Shown here piece by piece: positions 12,608 to 25,205 of a stretch of DNA of 64,000 nt. The position numbers and the translations under genes are program-made. How positions within the stretch are numbered: position 1 is the first letter of the stretch; every line of letters starts with the position of its first letter. The notes beneath the pieces are model-generated. The model saw only the letters and a program-made list of their open reading frames with translations. It ran no database searches and was not told the DNA's origin. Source of the stretch: Torpedo marmorata (lineage: Eukaryota). Where the stretch lies: positions 18,414,001 to 18,478,000 of the forward strand of contig OZ360234.1 in NCBI GenBank assembly GCA_977017645.1. Direction: 5' to 3'.

Positions 12608-13585
12608 CAAGTTCAAGTTTGTTTGTCATCCAATTTGTACCAGTACAACCTGATGAAACAGCGTCGTCTGGTACACAGTGCAGAATAGTGCAATACACGC
12701 GTACAGACATAACATACATACAGACAAATGTTACAAATACACAGTACATATGTACATATATTAAAATAAATATTAATAAACAGTGGAGTCATGGAAAGTT
12801 GTTTTAGCAGTCTCGCTGCCTGTGGGAAGAAGCAAGTTCCTCAGCCTGGTGGTTCTGGCTCTGATATTTTTGTATCTTTTTCCCAACAGGAGTAGCTGGA
12901 AGATGCTGCATGCGGGGTTGTAGAGGTCCTCCGGGACATACTCAATAGAGCTGCTGTAGAAAGTTGACAGGATGGTGGCCAGTAACCTCGCCTGCCTCAG
13001 CCTTCTAAGGAAGTGCAGTCACTGTTGCGTCTTCCTGACAAGCGAGGAGATGCTATGTGTCCAGGAGAGGTCATTTCTTCAGTGGACTCCGAGGAACTTA
13101 GCTCTCTACTCTCTCCACTACCAAGCTATTAATGTGTGGTGGAGGATGGTCTTTCTTGGTCTTCCTTTGTCTTGTCCACATTGAGACTCGAGTTGTTATT
13201 CTCGCACCATTTCACGAGATTTTCCACCTCCTCTCTGTATTTCAACTCATCATTGTTGCTGATGACGTCAACTACTGTAGTGCTATTTGGAAATCTGATT
13301 ACTCTGTTGGAGTTGGATCTGGCATTGCAATTGCGAGTTGAGCACACAGCCCTGTGATCCGCCAGTGCTCAGCGTTTCGATGCTCGGCATTCTGCAGCCA
13401 ACCTGAACAGACTGCGGTCTTTCTGTTAGGAGGTTCAGAATACAGAGAGGGGTTTTGAGTCCCAGTGAGGACAGTTTCTCCACCATCCTCTGGGGTATGA
13501 TTGTATTAAACGCCAAGCTGAAGTCAATGACCAGCAGCCTGGCATATGAGGCGTCGTCCGATGGGTGGAGGGACAAGGCTATAGA
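12608..13585 (-). mobile_element. Rex1/Babar-like LINE fragment
   Basis: Minus-strand ORFs with YARLLVIDFSLAFNTIIP, GSQGCVL and YREEVENLVKWCENNN. (CTTGAA)n-type tail at 12608. Confidence 0.85.
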
Positions 13586-13659
13586 ATTGACTGGGACTCC
13601 CATACTGTAGAAGAGCTGGATGGCTTAAAGTTTATCAAATGTGATCAGGAAAGTTTTCT

Positions 13660-15338
13660 AAATATATCTAGGTACCAACCAGAGAGAGTGCAATACTGGA
13701 TCTCCTATCAGGGAACGAGACAGGACAGGTGAGAGAAGGTCATATAAGGAAGGAAGGGAAACAAGCAGTAGTGGCATGGAACATGTAGAGATTAAAGAGG
13801 AGGAGGTGCTAGCTGCCTTACAGCTAATAAAGGTAGATAAATCCCCCGGGCCTGACATAATATTCCCTCGGACCTTGAGGGAGATTAGTGTAGAAATTGC
13901 AGGGGCCCTGGCAGAAATATTTAAAACGTCCTTAGCCACGGGTGAGGTGCTGGAGGATTGGAGGTTAGCTCATGTTGTTCCGTTGTTTAAAAAAGGCTCC
14001 GAAAGTAAACCAGGAAATTACAGGCCGGTGAGCCTGACGTCAGTAGTAGGTAAATTATTGGAGGGTGTTCTGAGAGATCGGGTATACAAGTATTTGGACA
14101 GCCAAGGGCTGATTAAGGATAGTCAGCATGGCTTTGTGCGTGGTAGGTCGTGTTTAACGAATCTTAGAGTTTTTTGAGGAGGTTACCAAGAAAGTAGATG
14201 AAGGAAAGGCCTTTGACAAGGTCCCACATGGGAGGTTAGTTCAGAAGGTTCAGACACTAGGGATCCATGGAGAGGTTGTAAACTGGATTCGAAATTGGCT
14301 GAATGTGAGAAGACAGAGAGCGGTAGTGGATGATTGCTTCTCAGACTGGAGGCCTGTGATTAGTGGTGTGCCTCAGGGATCGGTGCTGGGACCATTGTTG
14401 TTTGTTGTCTATATCAATGATCTGGATGATAATGTGGTAAATTGGATCAGCAAGTTTGCTGATGACACTAAGATTGGAGGCATTGTGGACAGCGAGAACG
14501 CTTTCAAAGCTTGCAGAGGGATTGGGACCAACTGAACAAATGGGCCAGAAAATGGCAGATGGAATTTAATGCAGACAAGTGTGAGGTGTTGCATTTTGGA
14601 AGGACAAACCAAGGTAGGACATACATAGTAAATGGTAGGGCACTGAGGAGTGCGGAGGAACAAAGGGATCTGGGAATACAGATATATAATTCCCTGTAAG
14701 TGGCGTCACAGGTAGACAGGGTTGTGAAGAAAGCTTTTGGTATCTTGGCCTTCATAAATCAAAGTATTGAGTACAGGAGTTGGGATGTTATGGTGAGGTT
14801 GTATAAGACATTGGTGAGGCCAAATTTGGAGTATTTTGTGCAGTTCTGGTTGCCAAACTACAGGAAGGATATCAGTAAGATTGAAAAAGTGCAGAGATTT
14901 ATTAGGATGTTGCCGGGCCTTCAGGAGTTGTTACAGGGAAAGATTTAACAGGTTAAGACTTTATTTCCTGGAGCGTAGAAGAATGAGGGGAGATTTGATA
15001 GAAGTTTCCAAGATTGAGAGGTATAGACAAGAGTAAATGTGAGTAGGCTCTTTCCACTTAGATTAGGAGAGATAAATACAAGAGGAAATGGCTTTAGGGT
15101 GAAAGGGGAAAGGTTTAGGGGGAACTTCACTCAGAGTGGTGGGAGTGTGGAACGAGCTGCCATCTGACGTGGTAAATGTGGGCTCACTCTTAAGAATAAA
15201 TTGGATAGATACATGGATGGGAGGTCTGGAGGGTTATGGAATGGGTGCAGGTCAGAGGGACAAGCGGAATAATGTTTCAGCACAGACTAGAAGGGCCGAA
15301 TGGCCTGTTTTCTGTGCTGTAGTGTTCTTTAGTTCTAT
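13660..15338 (+). mobile_element. CR1 LINE, truncated and frameshifted ORF2
   Basis: KSPGPD, PGNYRPVSLTSVVGKLLE, QHGFVRGRSCLTNL, GVPQGSVLGP and KFADDTK motifs. Tail ends ...agttctatat. Confidence 0.92.
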
Positions 15339-17262
15339 ATGTAGGGGAACAATTTGTGTCCAGTGATCATAATGCCATTAGTTTCAAGATAATTATGGAG
15401 AAGGATAGGTCTGGTCCTCAGGTTGAGATTCTAAATCGGAGAAAGGCCAATTTTGAGGAAATGAGAAAAGATGTAAAAGCGTGGATTGGGCTAGGTTGTT
15501 TTCTGGCAAGGATGTGTTCGATAAATGGAAGACCTTCAAATGTGAAATTTTGAGAGTACAGAGTTTGTATGCCCCTATAAGGATTAAAGGCAAAGTTAAC
15601 AGGCATAAGGAACCTTGGTTTTTGAGGGATATTGGGGATCAGGTTAAGAAGAAGAGAGGTTTATAGCAGATATAGGCAACAAGGAGCAAATGAGGTACTT
15701 GAGGAGTTAAAAAACAAATGCAGGAAAAAAACTCAAGGGGGAAATCAGGAGGGCTAAAAGAAGACATGAGGTTACTTTGGCAGACAAGGTGAAGGAAAAT
15801 CCTAAGGGCTTCTACAGGTATATTAAGAGCAAAAGGAGAGTAAGAGACAAAATTGGTCCTCTTGAAGAGTAGTCGGCTGTGTATGGAGCCAGAAGAGATG
15901 GGAGATCTTGTGGGTTTTTTGCATCTATATTTACTCAGAAAATTGGCAGAGAGTCCAGGGAAGTGAGTCAAACAAAAAGTAAGGTCATGGAACCTTTACA
16001 TATTAAAGAGAAGGAGGTTTTTGCTGTCTTAAAGCAAATATAGGTGGATAAATACCCAGGGCCTGATGAGGTATTCCCTCGGACCTTAAGGGAGGCTTGT
16101 GTAGAAATTGCAGGGGCCCTGGCAGATGTATTCAAAATGTTCTTAGCCACAGGTGAGGTGCCGGAGGATTGTTCCCTTGTTTAAAACAGGCTCCAAAAAT
16201 AACCCAGGAAATTATAGGCCGGTGAGCCTGTCATCAGTATTAGGTAAGTTATTGGAAGGTGTTCTAAGAGATTGGAAGTGCAAGTATTTGGATAGTCATG
16301 GACCGGGGATAGTCATCATGGCTTTGTGCATGGTAGGTCGTGTTTAACAAATCTTCTAGAGTTTTTCGAGGAGGTTACCAGGAAAATTAATAAACAAAAG
16401 GCTGTGGATGTTGTTTACGTGGACTGTTGTAAGGCCTTTGATAAGGTCCCACATGGGAGGTTAGTCAGAAAGGTTCAGACGCTCGGTATTCATGGTGATG
16501 TTGTAAACTGGATTCGGCATTGGCTTTATGGGAGAAGCCAGAGAGAGGCAACTGATTATTGCATCTCCGACTGGAGGCCTGTGACTTGTAGTGTCTCAAG
16601 GATCGGTGCTGGGTCTAATGTTGTTTATCATCTATATCAATGATCTAGAATGATAATGTGGTAAATTGCATCAACAAATTTACCGATGACACAAAGTTTG
16701 GAGGTGCATTGGGCAGCGAGGAAGGTTTTCAAAGCTTGCAGAGGGATCTGGACCAGCTGGAATTTAATGCAGACAAGTGTGAGGTGTTGCATTTTGGAAG
16801 GACAAACCATGGTAGGACATAGTTGGGCACTGAGGAGTGTTGTAGAACAGAGGGATCTGGGAATACAGATACATAATTCCGTGAAAGTGATGTCACAGAT
16901 AGGGCTGTAAAGAGAGCTTTGGCACATTGTCCTTCATAAATCAAAGTATTGAGTATTGGAGTTGGAATGTTTTGGTAAATTTGTACAAGATTTTGGTGAG
17001 CCCAAATTTGGAGCACTGTGTGCAGTTTTGGTCACCTAACTACAGGAAAGATATCAATAAAATTGAAAGAGGGCAGAGAAGATTTGAAAGGATGTTACTA
17101 GGTCTTGAGGGACTGAGTTACAGGGAAAGGTTAAACAGGTTAGGACTTTATTGGAGGGATATGGACTGGGTGCAGGTCAGTGGAACGAGGAAGAATAATA
17201 TTTTGGCACAGACGAGAAGGGCTGAAGGCCTGTTTTATGTGCTGTAATGTTCTATGGTTCTA
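15339..17262 (+). mobile_element. Second CR1 LINE copy, head-to-tail with the first
   Basis: SDHNAISF (end of endonuclease), PGNYRPVSL and KAFDKVPH motifs. Tail gttctatggttctat. Confidence 0.9.
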
Positions 17263-17924
17263 TTGTTACCCTGTTTTACACCTGACCTGTTTAATGCTAA
17301 ATGTTTAATCGTTCAGCCCTTTGATGTGTATGATGAGAATCCATAGGACTTGGCTGTTGCAGGGGATGTATCATGGTTTTCACTCACTTCATTATGTCAT
17401 GGTTTGAGTTGCACTCATGATTTCCAAGTGTGAACTTGAGAGACATAAGCAGAGAATGAACTCATCATTGACACTAGTGATAGGGATATATTTTGGAAAA
17501 ATGAATTCATACCAGGTTTATGTCTGGAAGTATTTGGAGGATGATAATGGAATGTTTCTTCTCACACAGGGGTGGTTGAAACCTGCTATATTTACACCTA
17601 GACATTCGTGAGAAGTATGCATACCAGTGTTGTTTTTTAATGGTTGCTGTGGCAATTCTTGTTTTGATTTTCCACATTACTGTGAGAAGTGTAGATTAAT
17701 TGCAGCATTGGCGTAAACAGCTGTGGATTTGATGGTGCACCTAATGTTCCTGATGCTAACATCACTACCTTCTGCCTCACTCTCACTTTACTATTCCTTA
17801 TTTGAGTTATGGTAAGTTATAATGTTGTATGTGTTTATGACACAATAAATGCCATTCATTTGTGAACAATGTTGAGTGATGTAAAGATCCCTCCATGATT
17901 CACAAGCATCTCACTGGTTGTCTG

Positions 17925-18345
17925 GGACTGTACTCGCTGGAATTTAGAAGAATGAGAGGGGATCTTATAGAAACATATAAAATTATGGAAGACATAGATA
18001 AGATAGAGGTAGGTAAGTTGTTTCCATTGGTGGGGAAGACTAGAACTCGGTGATATAGGCTCAAGATTCAGGGTAGTATATTTAGGACGGAGATGAGGAG
18101 GGACTGCTTTTCCCAGAGGGTGGTGAATCTGTGGAATTCGCTGCCCATTGAAGCAGTGGAGGTGACCTCAGTAAATATATTTAAGACAAGGTTGGATAGA
18201 TTTTTACATAGTAAGGGAATTAAGGGATATGGGGAAAAGGCAGGTAGGTGGAGATGAGCCTATCATCAGATCAGCCATGATCTCCTTGAATGGCGGAGTA
18301 GGCTCGACGGGCCAAATGGCCTGCTCCTATTTCTTATGTCCTTAT
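17925..18345 (+). mobile_element. CR1 LINE 3' end
   Basis: RRMRGDLIETYKI and FSQRVVNLWNSLP motifs. Tail tcctatttcttatgtccttatg. Confidence 0.85.
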
Positions 18346-18880
18346 GGTTGCTCAACGGTATATTAAGAGTTCAGAGCACAAAAGTGGAGAAACCCTGGAA
18401 AGCAAAAGGCAGTCGATGTTTCAGGCATGATCCCTTCTTCAGTTGTGTGGAAAATCAGGCAGACGTCGTAATAAGAAGGTGGGAAGGGGGAGGAGCACTG
18501 GCTTGCAGGTGATGGGTGGATGCAGATAGGAGGGGAAAAAGAGATCCATTCAGATTTTGCACTCTTTTCCATGCAAGAAATTGCAAGAGAGCACTTTGCT
18601 CTCAGTTCCTTTCCTCCAGGCATGAATTATTATGCAATTAAAGCTTTTGTATCCAAAGTGCATCCAAATGCTCTCTTTCCTTCAAATGAATATCATTGCA
18701 GTGAACATTTTGAGTATGTTTTTGTTACATTTGTGTCTCACAGCTCACGAAACCTTTGTTCTCTTCAAACATTTAAATGCTAAAGAGCCTCAGTGATTAA
18801 GACTGGGCAGAGACCAAATTTGGCTCTCATTAATCCCAGTGGATGCGCAGAAGTGCAACAAGCTGTGATACAAAATATTT

Positions 18881-19970
18881 CAGATAAGATACTATTTATT
18901 GTCATGCAATAAAACAGAAAGGTAATATTACACAATATTGCTTTTAGTCTGCCAGAAGGCAGACAAAGATTCTCCATTAGCATTGCCCTGCGCATCTTGC
19001 AGTAAGAAAGAAATAAAAGCAAAAGAGGTAAAGGTTCCATTATTGTCACGTAATACTACATTTAGAATGTAACATACATGAAATTCTTTAATTTTTGTCT
19101 ACTGTAAGGCAGACAAAGGGTCGCTATTTTGTCCAGCGCCCCTCACAGAAACCTACAGCACCTGGTGTTCCTAGGCGGTCTCCCCTCCAAGTACTGACCA
19201 GTCCTGTGCCTGCTTAGCTTCCGAGATCAGACAATCCCAGTCATATTCAGGCTATTGGTGCTCGAGAGTTCCCTCAGAGTCTCTGAGTGACTGTGGATTC
19301 GCGTCCAGCGCTCCCGCAGCCTCTGCAGCCACACAAGACTCCAGTTCAGTTCAAACCATCGGCAACCCGAGCCCAGATCCAAACCAACACGAGGAGAAAG
19401 CCCTTAGTCCAAGGGCCTTTCGGGAGCTCTTCTTGCCCTCAGCACCCTCTCGAATCCTGGCTCCAATACCTGATTCTCATGAGCCAGTCTCCAGCAGCCC
19501 GCAGCCTGGTGTGAGTCCTTTGACCTGAAGTTGCCAGCAGCCCGCAGTCTATGTGGGTTCCTTGGATGCAAGTCGTCAACAGATCCCAGCCTGTGTGTGT
19601 CCTTCAACCACAGAACCCCTCGCAGGTCCTTCATTATCCTTAGGGTCATCTCCTCTGCTTCTCCTGCTCAACGTGGGGTGTTCTCTCTATTACTGGTGCC
19701 CTGTGCCAGTCAGCTGCTCCCCTGGAATCGGCAACACCTCGTGACTGCTGCCAAACACAGATGCCACCATCGTGGGCCCAGACCCCATTGTTACAGGATT
19801 TTAAATAAGACACAGTCGGCTTCTTTAACAGGCCATTTAAAGCCTGTGCAGAGCCGTCAGCAGTAGGACTGGGCAGAAGGACACTTTGGGGGAGCGCTGT
19901 GCCTCCTCTCCCCACGGGTCCACACTAGCAGCAATGCTGCCATTACAACAGCTCCAGAGCCCCACCATTT
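18881..19970 (-). mobile_element. GC-rich non-coding retroelement with Rex1-like tail (copy B), interrupted by a 5S SINE
   Basis: Reverse complement starts aatggtggggctctggagctgttgtaatggcagc...gtgtggaccc, aligning with 22228 onward. Ends gcatgacaataaatag. Confidence 0.7.
19026..19259 (-). mobile_element. 5S rRNA-derived SINE (SINE3 type), full-length copy
   Basis: Minus strand has tgatctcggaagctaagcagg...agtacttggaggggagaccgcc...caggtgctgtagg (5S boxes A and C) at 19149-19259, then a ~120-nt tail ending in (ACCTTT)n. Confidence 0.9.
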
Positions 19971-21029
19971 TTTTTTCTTTTAAGCCCTCTATTGCTTCCT
20001 GTCAGGCTGCCCTGTTCATGGAAAGTCGACTAATTAACCCTTTCCTATCTTTATCTTCATATATTCATGAAAATGGCTTCCTTCGTCATCTTGAAAAAAT
20101 GGTTCATCTTTAGCTCTGTTGCTGTAATGCAGTTCTTTATGTGATAACAATTTCGTACCTTTTATAAAAGGCACAACTGAACTGTAATGATGCATTCAAG
20201 ACCAAATAAAATCTTCCATTCATGTAGTGCCTTACGTGGTGCATCAAACATTCCAGTTATTGACGATAAATGAGCAAATTTATCGTGCATTGTTTATCTG
20301 CTGGTTGGGAAAGGTGCAACTTAACCTCACCAAGTTTATTAATATTGCTAATTTATCTGCCTTGAAGTTTCAACATGGGCAAAAATAAACTTTTGCTGCA
20401 TTTTCAGAATTGGCATCCATCTGCGAAGCCAGTAATATTCTCAGCATGCTCATCCAATGTACAGTAATCGGAACTTGCATGGTTGCTTCTGGATCAGCTA
20501 TAGGTGTCAGCAGCTTGTTAAATAGTTAGACTGAGGCATGATGGCCAGTTTCGAATGATACTTTGCAATCTTGTGCATCGTCTGATCTCTAGGTCCAGAA
20601 GTGAACATGAGGAACTTGCTGTCCTTTAACTTTTATCTAAAATAAAGTTGTATTATTTTGGCTTGCATATGGATGTGTTATGTTGATTTTACTTTGCAAG
20701 GTTGCCACGAGACTGTTATCAGCAGCAATTTCCAGACGTCGAGCTGTGGTCCAAGCTCAATCTTACCTCAGTACAATTTTGGCAAAAACTATTTATCTTG
20801 CTTTGCAAATGGAATTGTCTACTTTCTAGCAATAGAATAAACTCGGTCTAGGGATAGTTCCCTGGACAGAATTAAAAAGCTATGGGAACAAGATTTTTAA
20901 CAGTTATTTTCTGAAACTACATGGAATTCTATTTTGAAGCGAGTGCATTCATTTTCTCTTTGCGCTAGACACTCATTATTACAATTTAAGGAAGTGCACC
21001 GAGCCCACTATTCCAAAGTTCAATTAGCT

Positions 21030-21665
21030 AAATTTTATTCTAATCTCTCTTCTAAATGTGACAAATGTATAACTTAAGAAGGTACATTGTATCATATGTT
21101 TTGGTTATGTCCTTCTCTTTACATTTTTTGGGAAGGAGTATTTCGTACCTTGTCTTTAGTTCTTAATATTACTTTGACTCCAAATCCTTTATTGCTCTCT
21201 TTGGAGTAAGTGGGCCAACTGGTTTAATTTTGACTGCTTCACAATCCCTCGTCTCCCTTATCGCGCCATATTAATGGTTGTCCGATATGATGGCATGTCT
21301 GACTTTGGAAAAAATTCGATGTTCCACTACTGATATGAATCTTAATTTTGTTTCTTTATGGGGTTCTTTTCTTAATTACTTTCAAAATTTGTAAGATAAT
21401 TAGTTTCTGGTTTTTGAACCCAATGTTTACCTTCCCTTTTTTAATTATTAGTAGTGGATTGTTTGTGTTAAACCAGTAGCCTCTGAAGGTAGGGGATCGA
21501 TATTTAGAAATTAGTATAGCGGTTTTCTTTTTATTTTTCCTTTTAATGTAACATAGGTTTCAACATTACTTGTATTGTTATACAAGATTTGTTAATACTT
21601 TATTTTATTGTCATGTACCTATGTATCATTTATTTGATAAAATCAATAAAAATATTGAAATAGAA
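21030..21665 (+). mobile_element. L1-clade LINE 3' fragment
   Basis: Cys-rich ORF2 C-terminus (KCDKC..EGTLYHMFWLCP..FWEGV), T-rich 3' UTR, ends caataaaaatattgaaa. Confidence 0.7.
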
Positions 21666-21769
21666 TTGACTCGGTTCATTTTATTGATTTTTTTCTTTTC
21701 CATTCAGATCAATGAGGTGGACTTTATTTTGCACAATTCAAAATCCAAAGTGTTTTTCAACCAATTGAA

Positions 21770-22095
21770 TACTTTTGAAATGCAGTCACAATGGAAACTG
21801 GGTAATGTACTTGCCAACAGAAAGCTCCCACAAGTAATAATGAGATAAGCGAGCAGGCAATCTGTTTTAGTGTTGGTCATTGAAGGATAAATACAGACAA
21901 GCAGAGTTTATCTGCCCTATTATGTATAGCAATGTGGATTCTTTACGCTTGCCTGACAGGGTATCAGTTAAAAATCTCATGTAAAATGCAACACCTCCAA
22001 CAGAGCAAATCTCCTTTAGTATTAGGCTAATGTGTACTCTATTCTCTTAAATCCCAAACTTTTGACTCTGTGGTAACTCAAACACTGCTGAGTCA
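21770..22095 (-). mobile_element. Ancient Deu-domain SINE (SacSINE1/AmnSINE-like)
   Basis: aagctcccacaag...aatctgttttagtg...gaaggataaata...tctcatgtaaaatgcaacacctccaacag matches the antisense DeuSINE organisation. Confidence 0.55.
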
Positions 22096-22227
22096 TGGAG
22101 GGTGCATCAGCCGACTCTTGAGAATAGGACATTCATGCAAATTGCCACTGATTTTGAGAATTCTGTTGCTCATAGGATAAAATGTTTGTTGATCTCTGAC
22201 TATGCATGGCTGATTGCTTTGCTATGT

Positions 22228-23050
22228 AATGGTGGCGCTGCCGGAGCCGCTGTAACGGCAGCGCTACCGCTGGTGTGGACCCGCAGGGAGTGTGGGAGCA
22301 GAGATACAGCGCTCCCGCGGGGTCCAGCCGCCCAGTCGACTACCGTCGGTTCCGCACGGGCTTTGAACGGCCCGTTAAAGGAGCCGACGGTGGTTTTATT
22401 TGAGATCCCGTGACCGCGGGGTCTGCACCCAAGATGGCAGCGCCTATTAATCGGCAGCAGCCACGAGGGGCTGCAGACTCTGGGGAAGCGGGGGAATGAA
22501 ACAGGGCACCAGTGGACGGGAAGATCACCCCCGTCTGAGAAGGAGAAGCGGAGGAGACGACCCACGGGACGGTGACCACGGCGGCGGACCGGTGAGGGGC
22601 TCTGAGGCTGAAGGACCAGTGCATGCGGCGGGCTGCTGGTGACTCAAGGCGAGGAACCCGCGGAGGCTGTGGGCTGCTGGAGACTGCTGTCGGGGGACTA
22701 ATGGAGGTTGGCTCGAACTGGCTGGAGGAGTACCAGGTATCGGAACTGGGATGTGAGGGGGTGCCGAGGGCGCCCTGACCGTGTTGGAGGTTCTGATCTG
22801 GAGCTCGGGATGCCGATCGTTTGGACTGGACTCTGTGTGGCTGCGGAAGCGCTGGTGGCGAATCTATGGACACTCGGTGACTCTGGGGGGACTCTCTTTT
22901 GCTTCGCTTTCTCTGACTGTAAGGAATGTTAGAGGCGCTTAGGTAATTTCTGCCGGTGGCGAATCTGTCTGCCTTGCAGCAGGCAAAAAGAAATTTTGTG
23001 GTATATGACACTGTCTTATTGCTATGACAATTAATTGAATTGAATTGAAT
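22228..23050 (+). mobile_element. GC-rich non-coding retroelement with Rex1-like tail (copy A)
   Basis: Sharp CpG-rich island, caagatggc (YY1-like) near 22430. Tail tctgtctgccttgcagcaggcaaaaag...atgacaattaa followed by (TTGAA)n. Confidence 0.7.
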
Positions 23051-24262
23051 CTTTTGATGGGTATCTTTTGACAATAAGGCTAGATAAAACTGTAAATCAA
23101 AAGACATAATTTTGAACTCTTAAGTAAAAATAATTGAGCAGGACATTTTAATATAGCTGCATTTATTAGATTTCAAAGATTTCATCTGATGTCCAAGAAT
23201 TAAGCGATGTGAAGGATGCTGCAACGAGACAGCATATTAGGTGGGCATGTTGGTCTTCAGTGATAACACGGTGAGCTCAGGGATTCAACCCACAGATTAC
23301 AACCCATTAACTGTGATGTTGTTTAATGGGGCTGGTGGGTTTGGTGTGGCTCGGCTGGGAGAGGGTATTTTGCCACATTGTGAAGGCTAATTCTATATTA
23401 TGTATATATTAAAAAAAAAAGCAGCCACCCTGTCCGTATCTGAGGATGAAGTGCGTGCTGCCTTCAGGAGAGTGAATCCGAGGAAAGCATCTGGCCGGGA
23501 TGGAGTACCTGGCCGAGTATTAAAGATCTGCGCTGATCAACTTACCAAGGTATTCACGGATATCTTCAATATATCACTCCAGCAGTTTCAAACAGGCGTC
23601 AATCATACCGGTGCCCAAGAAGAGTGCACTAACCTGCCTTAACGACTATCGACCAGTAGCACTTACATCAACAGCGATGAAGAGTTTTGAAAGGCTGGTG
23701 ATGAAGCATATCAGCTCCTGTCTGAGCGGTGACATGGATCCATTCCAGTTCGCCTATTGCGGCAACAGGTCTACGGCAGATGCCATCTCACTGGCCCTAC
23801 ACAAAGCCTAGACAGCAAAGATGCATACATCAGGATGCACTTTATCGACTACAGTTCAGCATTTAACACCATCATCCACTCAAAACTGATCAGCAAACTC
23901 CAAGACCTGGGAATTAACACCCCACTGCGTAATTGGATCATGGATTTCCTCACCTCCAGACCACAATCAGTGAAGATTGGTAAGAACTTCTCCACAATCT
24001 CCATCAGTACCGGAGCACCACAGGGCTGTGTTCTTAGCACCCTGCTCTACTCACTTTCACCTACGACTGTGTAGCTCGGTATGACAATAAAATCATCTAC
24101 AAATTTGCCGATGATACCACGGTAGTAGGTTGTATAAAGGAAGGGGATGAGTCAGCCTACAGGATGGAGATTGAAAATCTGGCTGAATAGTGCACCAACA
24201 ACAACCTTGCACTCAATGTCACCAAAACTAAGGAGCTGATTGTTGACTTCAGGAAAGGAAAG

Positions 24263-25205
24263 TGTTATGGACCATGACTGACCATTTGGACTGCGGACGG
24301 TAAGCAGGAAGGATGAAGTCTTTTGGAGTACACATTGGGACCTGGTACTGAAAGAGTTAACTTGCCCAGGACTTATTGTATTTACCAGAGAGAGACACCA
24401 GGGGGAGACAAACTGTGGAAAGATATACTTGGGTGTGGAGCTTTTGAAAAGGGAGCGAGAGACTCTCTGCAGGAAGGCCTAAAGTTCAGTCGTGGAAAAC
24501 TGAATCAGAGGCAGTTTTGGAGTTGCAAAGGCGGGAGAACTCAGCAGGATCCAGGCTTGTGCATTCCAGAGAAGAAGTTGGGAGAATAGCACAGAGTCTC
24601 TTGAATCAGAAAAATCCAGGCTTGTGTATACCAGGGGAAAAGGCTGGGAGAAATACAAGGCCTGATGATTCGGCAGAATCCTGAGTTGAGAGCAGCTTTT
24701 GTGAAGAACCGGCTGTGAGATTCAAGTACATGCCTTAATCCAAAACGGATCTGAATTCGCAATCCTTGTGAAAACACCAGAAGGGAAAGTCATCAGAGAA
24801 GAAAAGCAAGCCAAGCATTCATAAGCATAAACAGTCATTGTCTCTCTCTCCAACGTTCATTAAGAAGTCCTGCTTGCCAGCACACAGAGCTGAATTTGGA
24901 CCCTGAACATAGAGAGTGAATTTTTGTGGACTGTATTTTTGGGACTGACTTGTTTTTTATGACTGACCTGGGGTTTTTGGGGAAAGTTTTTCCATTTTTA
25001 CATGAGGGTTGGGCACAGACTGTAATGGTCTGGGCTTTATACACACACACACACACACCTTTTAGATAAGAATAGTGTTTATAGACGTTTATAGTGGGGT
25101 TAATTGTTGTGAAATTATATGTTTAATTGTCTTTAATAAATATAAATTTCAATTTTACCCCTTTTGCATTGCGTCTTCTGTCGTTGCTGGTTTGATTTTG
25201 TAACA
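24263..25205 (+). mobile_element. Solo LTR (Gypsy or ERV type), 943 bp
   Basis: TGTTA...TAACA termini, 4-bp TSD AAAG (24259-24262 and 25206-25209), AATAAA at 25135-25140. Confidence 0.88.

Noticed and set aside
13776-14177. RT-like ORFs as intact or domesticated genes (also 25216-25731 and 51046-51627)
   Set aside because: All are frameshifted or stop-interrupted fragments of CR1 or Rex1-like LINEs.
19149-19259. Functional 5S rRNA gene (also about 42995-43104)
   Set aside because: Lacks the first ~10 nt, is diverged, has no T4 terminator, and is fused to the same tail at dispersed sites, as expected of a SINE head.
22340-23107. 255-aa minus-strand ORF as a gene
   Set aside because: Low-complexity Ser/Pro/Arg translation antisense to a GC-rich repeat, with no recognisable domain.
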